From positions 32,001 to 96,000 of IMG/VR virus record IMGVR_UViG_3300035208_005974: a stretch of 64,000 nucleotides of DNA; one strand, 5' to 3'. The notes beneath the pieces were generated by a model, which saw only the letters and a list, made by a program, of their open reading frames with translations, searched no databases and had not been told where the DNA came from. Below, in pieces: positions 52,729 to 61,813 of this stretch. Source of the stretch: a virus (taxonomy: Duplodnaviria; Caudoviricetes). The first letter of the stretch is position 1. The number at the start of each line of letters is the position of its first letter. Made by a program: the position numbers and the translations under genes.

Positions 52729-53595
52729 ATGTATAAATTTGTTGGCAAACCGGGTAAGATGTATTTCCTGGATTTAGAAACTACCACAATGAAACTTAAC
52801 TATAACTGTCCGGATTCTGAAAAAAATGGAACAGGCCCAGGATCGTGCGGTGGATCATCCAAGCAAGAAAGTACAAATGATAATAATAATTATTTTCTAG
52901 ATGATGATAATAATAAAATATCAGAAGTTCCGCAGATTAATGAAAAAATATATGATGATGCAATAAAATCCCAAGACGATTTAGATTCTGCGTCTGGTAC
53001 AAGAAATATAAATTATTATACATCTCATTCTAAAAAAGATATAATTGATTATAATAATTCACTATCTTTTAATGAATATAAGGCACTTCATGAAAATTGG
53101 GTTGGTACTGGTTGGTCAACACCTATTAATGAAATTTTGAGGAAAAGTAAGTCTTTTGATAATATTAATCCTGAAACTAAAAATGTAATAAAGAGTCTTG
53201 ATTCTGCAATAAGTAAATTTAAAACAAATAATAATATAAAAACATACCGCGGAATAACAGGAGTAAAACAATTATTAAAACAAAAAGTTGGTAGTACTTT
53301 CAAAGATAAAGGTTTTATAGGTACTACAGAAAATATCAATCATGCAAAAAGTTTTCTAAGTGCAAACAAAAATGATGCTATAAAAGAAGGTGCAGTATTG
53401 CTAAGAATAAATGTTCCGCGAGGTACCTCATGTGCACCTACTTCAATCGTTAATACAGAATTTTTAGGTGAAAGAGAATGGACATTACCTCGTGAAACAT
53501 CTTTTAAGGTTACTAAAAATTTTATAGACAAAGAAACAGGAATAACGTATCTTGATGTTGATGTTGTTCTAGATAAAAAAAATAAAAAAGTTTAA
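52729..53595 (+). CDS. Tagged effector 2: R-S-E (VIP2/Alt-like) ADP-ribosyltransferase
   Basis: INEILR, YRGI, GFIGTT, EREW. Confidence 0.85.
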   Translation: MYKFVGKPGKMYFLDLETTTMKLNYNCPDSEKNGTGPGSCGGSSKQESTNDNNNYFLDDDNNKISEVPQINEKIYDDAIKSQDDLDSASGTRNINYYTSHSKKDIIDYNNSLSFNEYKALHENWVGTGWSTPINEILRKSKSFDNINPETKNVIKSLDSAISKFKTNNNIKTYRGITGVKQLLKQKVGSTFKDKGFIGTTENINHAKSFLSANKNDAIKEGAVLLRINVPRGTSCAPTSIVNTEFLGEREWTLPRETSFKVTKNFIDKETGITYLDVDVVLDKKNKKV

Positions 53596-53613
53596 CTTAG
53601 GTAGTGATAATAA

Positions 53614-54384
53614 TTGTTATATAAGTTCCTTGGCAAAAAAGGTGCCTTTTATCAACTAGACCTGGAACCATTTAGCATCAAGCTTAATTATAAATGCAAG
53701 GAAGGCACCGTTGAAGAAGGTTCTTTTAGTTGCGGCAACACTCCAGAAGAAGCTAAAAAGAACTATGAAAAACAACAAAAAGAAAAGTTACCTTCTGACA
53801 AAAGTGGCGTATTGCAAGAAAAATCAATTACCAAAAATAAACTATCTGCAAAAGAAAAAGACATCATAAGTGAATATACTGGATTCAAGTATGCCCCAAT
53901 CAATCAATATTTATTTGGAAAGCAACTAAATCTTTCATCTAAACAAGAATCAGAAATAAAACAAAACATTAATGATTTATCAAATATAATTAATAATAAT
54001 AAAATCGATGAGGATACAAAAGTTTATAGGGGTCTTGCCGGGCAATCAAAAGAAGACTTCTTGAAAATGATTAAAAAGGTAAAGCCCGGTAATTCGATTA
54101 GCTATAAAGGGTTTATGTCAACATCTCCAGATAAATCAATCGGCGAAAGATTTGCTACATGGGGAAACAAAGGCAAAACAGTATTACTAGAAATTGATCT
54201 TCCTAAAGATTCTAATGCAATGGATATTTCTAAACATACTGCCAGTAAGAAATATGGGGAAACAGAAATTTTAGTTGCACCTGGTTTTGAATTGGTATTG
54301 AATAAAGTTAAAAAAAATAAAGGATCTGACATATATCATTTAACATATAAACAATCTAAAAAAGAAACAAATACAGGGGAATAG
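53614..54384 (+). CDS. Tagged effector 3: R-S-E ADP-ribosyltransferase
   Basis: YAPINQYL, YRGL, GFMSTS, ETEIL. Confidence 0.9.
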   Translation: MLYKFLGKKGAFYQLDLEPFSIKLNYKCKEGTVEEGSFSCGNTPEEAKKNYEKQQKEKLPSDKSGVLQEKSITKNKLSAKEKDIISEYTGFKYAPINQYLFGKQLNLSSKQESEIKQNINDLSNIINNNKIDEDTKVYRGLAGQSKEDFLKMIKKVKPGNSISYKGFMSTSPDKSIGERFATWGNKGKTVLLEIDLPKDSNAMDISKHTASKKYGETEILVAPGFELVLNKVKKNKGSDIYHLTYKQSKKETNTGE

Positions 54385-54390
54385 ACCATA

Positions 54391-57300
54391 ATGCCAGATA
54401 CCACCAAAAAGTCGATAAAAAAGTCTACCAAACCCATAATCATAATTCCAGGAAATGTAAAAACTATTCCAAAAGTTCCTTTAACTCAGATATCTAAATC
54501 TAAAAGCTTCCAAGAAAAACTCAATGATATACAAAATAATATTGATATCGATATTGATGATATACCAGAAGATTTATTAGATATATGGGACGAACTTCAA
54601 GAAGACATAACCCCCAAATTAATATCAAAGAATTACAAATTATGGTTAACTATTTTTACTCCATTTATACTACCTGGAATCATTAACGGCATGTCAGGAA
54701 AGCCAGCTGTTCCACAACCCGTTGTTACCGTACAAGAACCTGCTCCTGATCCAAAACAAATTGTAAATTTTGCACAAAAATATTTTGCCGAGCATGGCCT
54801 TGAATTATGTAAATCGTTAACAAAAACAGATTTAAATAGTATGAAACAGGACCTAATAAATAATTGGGGCAAGGGTCCTGATGCATTTTCTAAGACTTTT
54901 CAAGATTCATATCCAGTTAGTAAATCACGGCTAGAAAACATTTATCGAAGTGAGCGCCACCTTGCAGAATATAATGGGGTATTGGAACGTGCCAAAATCG
55001 CCGATCACAAATACAAACAATGGCGGGCAGTTGGTGACGAACGTAGCTGTGATTTGTGTATGTCACACGACATGGAAACCGTGCCTATAAATGAACCTTT
55101 TAGTAACGGAGAAATGACTGCAACGGGACACCCGCAATGCAGGTGTTCAATGGTTACGTATTCAGAGGATGATTATAACGAAATGAAAGAAGATAGTGCA
55201 TACTTGGACGATGTGGTAAACACAATAAAACTTAACTATAATTGCCCGGACTCAGAAAAAATTGGAAGTGGTCCAGGATCATGCGGAGGAAGTATTCCAG
55301 CAGCAGATTATCAGATAGGCGGGTCCAAGACAACAAAAATTGGTTCTAACCCAACGGTACAATCATTGTATGTACCAAAAGTCAATCAACAAGAGGCTAC
55401 AAAATATGTTAAAAGCATACTAATCGGCGATGCAGATAAATTAATTCCTGACATGCTTACTGACAAATCAAAAGCCTTGATAACCGAACAAGATATTACC
55501 GTCGATGAATGGGCACGATCAGGTGGAGTTGGCATGACAGAAGCTAACAATAGCAAGCGTGGTGTAGTTGTTAGCTATGCACAGTCTGATCTCCAGACAG
55601 ATGTTGCATTACATGAACTTGGCCATGCGATTGTCAAACCTCCGAGTTATAGTGAATTTTCGCCAATATCAAAACTTGACATGAGTAAACCGATGGGCGA
55701 ACGTGGCGAAAACACCGTAGAAAGTATGTTATGGACTGCCTTAGAAAAAGATGTTCCGCAAGATAGTAAAAATACTTGGATTGATATGACAAATTCCGGT
55801 GAAGCTTTTGGAGATGCATTTAAAATGTACAATAGTCCGCGAGGACATTTAGTACTAAAAGAAGCATTTCCGAATGCATATGATGTCATGAAGAACGTTC
55901 TTGGTGAAAGTAAATGGGACACAAATGTTTCTCCAGAAACAAGTACATTTATAAAAGGATTAGTAACCAATTTGGACAAGTCATATAAATCTGCGGGAAA
56001 CAAACCAGCTTGGGAAAAAGCTTATTATACAATGTTTCCAGACGGTAAATATACAACCAAAGAACTAAGTTCATATAATAAACGAATTAAACTTGTTGAT
56101 GACATAGTTAAAAATGAGTTAAATTCTAATATAAAACGAGATTCGTTATATTTAGCTGATGCAACAGAGTTTATAAAATTGAACTACAAATGCAAAGCAG
56201 GTACTGTTGACGATAGTAATAAGTGTGAACCAGATTCTGACTCCGAAAGTTCTTCTAGTAATAACAACCACATTGAATCGTATTCTAGGGTGTTGCAATC
56301 AAAAGTCCCTGAGAAATTTAGTAACCAAGTTTATTTAGTTAGAATGGGTTCTGAAAAAGAAGACAGGCATAACATAACCGGAAATGTTTTTGTTGGCAAT
56401 GACATAAATATGCTTATTAAAAAAGCTCTAGAAAGTTCAAAAAAATCCGGTAATCTTATTATTGGAAGATGTAGTAAGGATGCCTTCGAAGATGACGAAC
56501 TAGATAAAATATCTAAAAATAATTTTATTGCAACTTCCAAGTATCTCGGACAAAGTTTTTCTCCTGTTGATGTCGTTATAGATACGGGAACTAGCGACAC
56601 TATATATAAAAGAAGTAAAGATGAGTTAGAAAAAGAAAAAAATTTATTTGACACCCACGAATTACAACTAAACAAAATTGAACAAAATACTGCATTATCC
56701 AACTATAGAAATTTTGGTTACCAATCAGTTAATAATGTACTTCGTAAAAATTATGTCATTGAAGGCGAAAACAAGAAAAGTGCTTTAGATCCTACTCCAG
56801 TGTATTCAAAGGAATATATTGATAACGCACTGAAGAACGCTTCGCTAATTTCGGATGCAATGGAACCATCTAAGGAAAATAAAACACTTAGTCGCGTAGA
56901 TGGTGCCGCTATAACCGCAACACTATTTCCTGTAGCTGGGATAACAGAAGAATTAACTAATTATTTTAAAAAGACGTATGAAAAAAGTAGTAAATATCCC
57001 CAAGCAGAAGATATTTTATTTGATAATATAAAACCTCCTTCAGAAAAAACATGGAATAATTATCTTACAACTAAATTAAAGGACCTAGAATTTAAAGATC
57101 CTGCTTTTTTGTCAACATCAAAATCAGAAAGTGGTATTAAAGAAGATTTATTGATTTCTTCTGATGAACTATCGCCATATGGCATTCCCAGTTTGTTGAA
57201 TATCGAAGTGCCAAAAGGAATTCGACTTGTTGACATGCAAGAACGATTGGGTATTGGAGAAGGTAGATATAAAACCGAAAAAGAAGTACTACTTGACAAA

Positions 57301-58797
57301 AATACAATATTCAAAATAAAATCAGTTAAATTAGAACCACATGATAATGGTATAATTGCTAGGATAATGGTACGTGCAATACAAAAATTACCAGAACCTA
57401 TTAAGGAAAATTCTACAAGTAATAATATCTTAGTTTATTTCGAAAATAACCCTATAAGATTAATGGATACCGACTATCTTTCTGATGCCTTTGAGGCCAT
57501 AAAACTAAACTATAAATGCAAGGCAGGAACTGTTGACGACAGTAATAAATGTGACCCAGAACAAGATAGATCCATTGAATTAGATAAACCAGCAATAGAT
57601 CTATCTACATTACCAGAAGGGTCAAAATTAGTAGAAAGTAAAGATATTAATAATATAAAAATGGTACATTTCACAAAACCAGAAAATGTTGCTCCGATAC
57701 AAGAAACAGGATTTAACTATAGCCGAAATTCTACTCATGGCAAAGGCGTTTATTTTACAAATGATGATAATCTAAAAGCGTATGGTACAGGAAAAATTGA
57801 AATAGAATTACTTCCACATAATCAATTATTTGTTAATAGGGACATACACGTACCAAAAGTACTTGAACAAATATCAGGGGTTCGTTACGATTCGCCAGAA
57901 TTACCAGGAAAAATGATAGAAAAAGGATTTGGATCTGTGCGATTTAAGATGGATGATGAAACACAAGTAATTGTATTTGATAAATCAAAAATAATTATGA
58001 AGCAAAAACATGATTCTGCTTACCTAGCTGATGTCTTTGAAACAATAAAGCTTAATTATAAATGCCCGAAAGGCACTGTAGATGACACAAATGCCTGTGG
58101 GTTAGAAGGACAACCAAACAAATCATCTGAAACATTTATTGGCTTTAAATCTGACCACGATTTTTCCTCTCCTCAAGATATTGAAGCCAACAAACAGATA
58201 CAAGCATCACTAAATAAAGCAGCAGACCCACTTAAAAAGTTTAAACCCGAAGATCGAAGAATATTAAGACAGTATTCAGTAAATAGTTATGTTGATGTAA
58301 ACCAATATTTAAATGGAACACTTGGAAAAGAAGTTGACCAAGATAGTTCAATATTACGTCATGCAAAAGAAGATGTCGTTGCACTGGATAAGTTGTTTTC
58401 AGAAGCCAATCTACAAGAACCATTAGTAACGTACCGTGGTCTAAAAGACGACATAATTGTTAAAAATCCAGAACTTCGAGATGCATTAGATACTCCAGGT
58501 TCAGAAATTGAGTTTCCGTGCTTTAGCTCAACTTCTGCATTGCCGTTCATGGCAAATAACTTCGCAGAAGGATATAATGGCAGGCTACTAGAATTGCAAT
58601 TACCTACTGGCACTAAAGCCTTGTTTATTGCAGAGGAAAGCGGTTTGCCAAACGAATTTGAAATTTTAGTAAATCGCGGAACCAAGTTTAAAGTTGTAGA
58701 AACACGATATACTGACATTATACCACCAAACAATGGATCGTATAAGGATAAATCTGCGAAACATGTTAAAATAACTACTATAAAGGCGATTGTATGA
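54391..58797 (+). CDS. MuF (SPP1 gp7-like) head protein fused to four tagged effector modules
   Basis: MuF WRAVGDERSCDLC..HPQCRC; HELGH peptidase; ART (LSR, FLSTS, EKE); ART-like (HFT, GKGVYFT); ART (YRGL, FSSTS, EFE). Confidence 0.9.
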   Translation: MPDTTKKSIKKSTKPIIIIPGNVKTIPKVPLTQISKSKSFQEKLNDIQNNIDIDIDDIPEDLLDIWDELQEDITPKLISKNYKLWLTIFTPFILPGIINGMSGKPAVPQPVVTVQEPAPDPKQIVNFAQKYFAEHGLELCKSLTKTDLNSMKQDLINNWGKGPDAFSKTFQDSYPVSKSRLENIYRSERHLAEYNGVLERAKIADHKYKQWRAVGDERSCDLCMSHDMETVPINEPFSNGEMTATGHPQCRCSMVTYSEDDYNEMKEDSAYLDDVVNTIKLNYNCPDSEKIGSGPGSCGGSIPAADYQIGGSKTTKIGSNPTVQSLYVPKVNQQEATKYVKSILIGDADKLIPDMLTDKSKALITEQDITVDEWARSGGVGMTEANNSKRGVVVSYAQSDLQTDVALHELGHAIVKPPSYSEFSPISKLDMSKPMGERGENTVESMLWTALEKDVPQDSKNTWIDMTNSGEAFGDAFKMYNSPRGHLVLKEAFPNAYDVMKNVLGESKWDTNVSPETSTFIKGLVTNLDKSYKSAGNKPAWEKAYYTMFPDGKYTTKELSSYNKRIKLVDDIVKNELNSNIKRDSLYLADATEFIKLNYKCKAGTVDDSNKCEPDSDSESSSSNNNHIESYSRVLQSKVPEKFSNQVYLVRMGSEKEDRHNITGNVFVGNDINMLIKKALESSKKSGNLIIGRCSKDAFEDDELDKISKNNFIATSKYLGQSFSPVDVVIDTGTSDTIYKRSKDELEKEKNLFDTHELQLNKIEQNTALSNYRNFGYQSVNNVLRKNYVIEGENKKSALDPTPVYSKEYIDNALKNASLISDAMEPSKENKTLSRVDGAAITATLFPVAGITEELTNYFKKTYEKSSKYPQAEDILFDNIKPPSEKTWNNYLTTKLKDLEFKDPAFLSTSKSESGIKEDLLISSDELSPYGIPSLLNIEVPKGIRLVDMQERLGIGEGRYKTEKEVLLDKNTIFKIKSVKLEPHDNGIIARIMVRAIQKLPEPIKENSTSNNILVYFENNPIRLMDTDYLSDAFEAIKLNYKCKAGTVDDSNKCDPEQDRSIELDKPAIDLSTLPEGSKLVESKDINNIKMVHFTKPENVAPIQETGFNYSRNSTHGKGVYFTNDDNLKAYGTGKIEIELLPHNQLFVNRDIHVPKVLEQISGVRYDSPELPGKMIEKGFGSVRFKMDDETQVIVFDKSKIIMKQKHDSAYLADVFETIKLNYKCPKGTVDDTNACGLEGQPNKSSETFIGFKSDHDFSSPQDIEANKQIQASLNKAADPLKKFKPEDRRILRQYSVNSYVDVNQYLNGTLGKEVDQDSSILRHAKEDVVALDKLFSEANLQEPLVTYRGLKDDIIVKNPELRDALDTPGSEIEFPCFSSTSALPFMANNFAEGYNGRLLELQLPTGTKALFIAEESGLPNEFEILVNRGTKFKVVETRYTDIIPPNNGSYKDKSAKHVKITTIKAIV

Positions 58798-58886
58798 AAA
58801 AAGATAATAGGTTCATTGAAAATAATGAAAAGTCAATAAAAGTATTGCGTCTTGGTCCCAAAAAGGAAGAAGATAGAGAAAAATAG
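58794..58886 (+). CDS. 30-aa micro-ORF coupled to the MuF stop codon
   Basis: ATGA overlap; MKKDNRFIENNEKSIKVLRLGPKKEEDREK. Confidence 0.4.
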   Translation: MKKDNRFIENNEKSIKVLRLGPKKEEDREK

Positions 58887-58906
58887 AAGAAATGAGGAAT
58901 ATGTTT

Positions 58907-60097
58907 TCATTTTTCTTCTGCCACTGTAACCTTTGGTTGCTTCAATACTAGTTCTATTTCCGGCACTATTTCAATATCTTTCATGTCGTTGGTATCATAA
59001 CCAATATGATTCAACAGGAAACACCTATTGCATCCGGGCCAATATTTCCAATCCCGTTCGATTACAATACCCTGGAATAGCCGATCTTCAATTTCATAGC
59101 CTCCATTACAAGGATCTTCATCAGAACAACTTGTCCTGCCGTGCTTTGGCGCAAGTATATCAATTATGTCTTGTGTGATTATCATACTATCATTTCCCAC
59201 AACGCCTTTATTATTTTTATGTCACCATCCACTCCAATCACATCACATTTATGGGATTTATGTGGACTTATACTATGTCCTAAAAATGTAATTGGTTTCA
59301 AACATTTACCTCATTTCTCTTAATGCTTTTCGGCAATCTTTCTCATCCACTCCAAACTTGTTAGCCACGTGTTTCAAGGTTCTAGCATGCACCATTTCGC
59401 TATATGGATAGGCGCGACTTGGGCTTCTAATCCCTCGGCAGCAATCATGCTTTTCTGATTCTGCTAGATAGAATCTGCCTCCGCTATCGAATTCGCCGGG
59501 TGGATGTATTTTGCGGTCCTTTAGTTGCAAATATTCGGTTACTGCTTCTTGGATTTTTGACATTTTAATTCACCTCAATAACTACTAGTACTTCCGAGAA
59601 TATATAGTTTTTGGTAGGTTACATAAGAAGATATTAATAAAAATAATTATTATTTATCTTCCTAGTATAATAGCCAATGCTTGTTTTTGACTATATGGAT
59701 TATGATAAGTTGAATTCCCTGCTATATAGTCCGTTGCTTGTTTCAGCATACTTTTCTTAAAACCGGATCTGGTTCTCGGTTTTGAAAAGTCGCGCAATGC
59801 TTTAATAACTGCTTGCTGTTGCAGGTTTCCAGTAACTTTACTTGCTATGTCTTCAGGTACTGACTCTATTTGTATTTTAATTGCATGACAAAATTCTGAT
59901 GTCCTTCTGTCACCTGTACATTCGTGTATGGGTACATTATTATTATAATTTCCAAATCTATGAAATCTCATACCTTCAAGTATGGTTACTGGCATTTCGC
60001 TGCCTGATTTGGTTGGATACATATAAATCAAATTCCCACAATCACAAAGGACAATTTTACTGTTTTCTGGTACTTGTTCATATTGTTCGTGATACAT
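58907..60097 (-). CDS. Three small hypothetical proteins (58907-59200, 59306-59563, 59654-60097)
   Basis: Two are preceded by near-identical palindrome promoter cassettes (59577-59618, 60119-60160). Confidence 0.6.
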
Positions 60098-60191
60098 AAT
60101 AAGTCACCTCTTTTTACCAAGTACTACTAGTACTTCCGAGAATATATAGTTTTTGGTAGGCCATAAAAAAATAAAAATTTAATTAAAACTC

Positions 60192-61283
60192 CTATAATAC
60201 ATTGATCGTTGTATTGTTACGACGTGGCGTGTAATAGCCTCTTTCTTTACCGAAGTATTGATTGAAATTTTTTACAGCATATACACCATATTTTTTTATG
60301 AGTTCTCTCTGGTCGTCCTCTGATAGATAGGCCATAAACCTATACAAGTATGTTATGTTTGTTTCTTCGTTACGTAACATTTCTTGAAGTTCTGGTATTC
60401 CATACTTCAGTATTGCTTTGACATTACCTATATAGGTTCTACTGAGGCCTGTCATGTGCGCTACTGACTCAATACGCATACTAGGATATCTTTCTACAGC
60501 CGCTATTACTTGCTGGGTCTTGCTCAGATTTACTGTATCGGACACAACCTTCTTTTCAACAACAACTTTTTGGATGCTAGACTCATCTGGAAGTTGGAAC
60601 ATTATTGTTACATTCGTGGCGTTCTTTGGCACTACAAAATTTATATTTCGTATTTCTGTATTTGACATATTTTGCCCCTGAATACTAAAAAATATAAATT
60701 TTCGTATTATTCATTTGAAAACATTAACGGTTGTATTATTATTACCATAGCCGTATCGCTTTTTATATATTGTCCCATGCTTTCTACGCTCTTCGTTGAG
60801 GAATCTGTTGTAATCTATGACTGCGTTCACACCAAATTCTTGGATGTACTTTCTCTGGTCGTCTACTGATACACCAACCATAAATCTATAAAGATACGTG
60901 GCACTGGTTTCCTCGTTACGTAGCATTTTCTGGAGTTCTGGTATACCGCGCTTCAAGACATTTCTAACTTCCCCGATAAATGTCTCACTCAGACCAGAAC
61001 ACTTAGCTAATTCTACAGTAGTTTTGCGCGGATATATTTCAATGTAAGTTATTGCTCGCTTTACCTTACTCAGCGACTTGCTTAACACTTTGCTTGTAAT
61101 TGTTTCATCCAATACACTTGGTTTTGTATTTGCTGGCGTTAAATCACTGTGCTTACGAAATCCATCGTTCATGGTAATGTTTCCGGAATTTCTGGAATCG
61201 GTTGTCGGTATTTGAAAAGTAACACTAACGTTTATGGCGTTCTTTGGCAATACCAAATCTATGTGTCGTACTTCATCAGACAT
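60192..61283 (-). CDS. Tandem paralogous HTH proteins (60192-60668, 60711-61283)
   Basis: Shared PKNA-x-NV..FQ-x-P and GIPELQ-x-MLRNEET..YLYRFM; HTH GLS-x-T-x-IG-x-V. Confidence 0.7.
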
Positions 61284-61398
61284 CTTATTATACCTCTAAG
61301 GAGTAGTTATACGTCCTAGTATATAAGTATTTTTGTTGACACGTTCTACTAAGGGGTAATAAGATGTGAAATGATTTATAAAAAAGATACTAAAAATC

Positions 61399-61472
61399 GG
61401 CCCTCTTCATCAAAAAGAACACAAGGAAAGATGAAAATCCCTTGTGCCTCTTTGGTGGTTTTTGGGGGTATA
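61399..61472 (-). ncRNA. Promoter-proximal long hairpin RNA, copy D
   Basis: TATACCCCCAAAAA, stem, GAAGAGGGCC, then T-runs; no ORF before the next promoter. Confidence 0.6.
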
Positions 61473-61512
61473 TTGTAAAACGTTGTTCTAGTATATAAAG
61501 TTTACGGTCGGG

Positions 61513-61801
61513 TTTCGTAAAATTGAAAATTCTTTTATTTATTTTGATTAACGTTTATCATTTATTATAAATAACATAGGAGAATAAGAAAACTATGTGG
61601 ATCTTTAATGAAAAAGCACAGGATTGGAAATACGTTACCAATGAACAGTTCCTGGAAATGTCGAAGAAAATGAATAATATTAAGGTTATGGATGAACCAG
61701 AAAAAAAATCCAAAAAGAGAACAAAGAAATCCAAATAAACGACAACCTTATATATATTTCGTAAAATTGAAAAGTCTTGATTTATTTTGATTAACGTTTA
61801 T
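61513..61801 (+). repeat. 45-46 bp direct repeat (61513-61558, 61757-61801) flanking a 47-aa ORF (61595-61738)
   Basis: TTTCGTAAAATTGAAAA.TCTT..ATTTATTTTGATTAACGTTTAT. Confidence 0.85.
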
Positions 61802-61813
61802 AAATGTTTATAG

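Noticed and set aside
54382-54393. Amber (pyrrolysine) read-through fusing the third effector to MuF, and likewise tnpB TAG-ATG at 29359
   Set aside because: In-frame spacing occurs one time in three by chance, both downstream ORFs have their own ATG, and nothing here shows the host uses pyrrolysine
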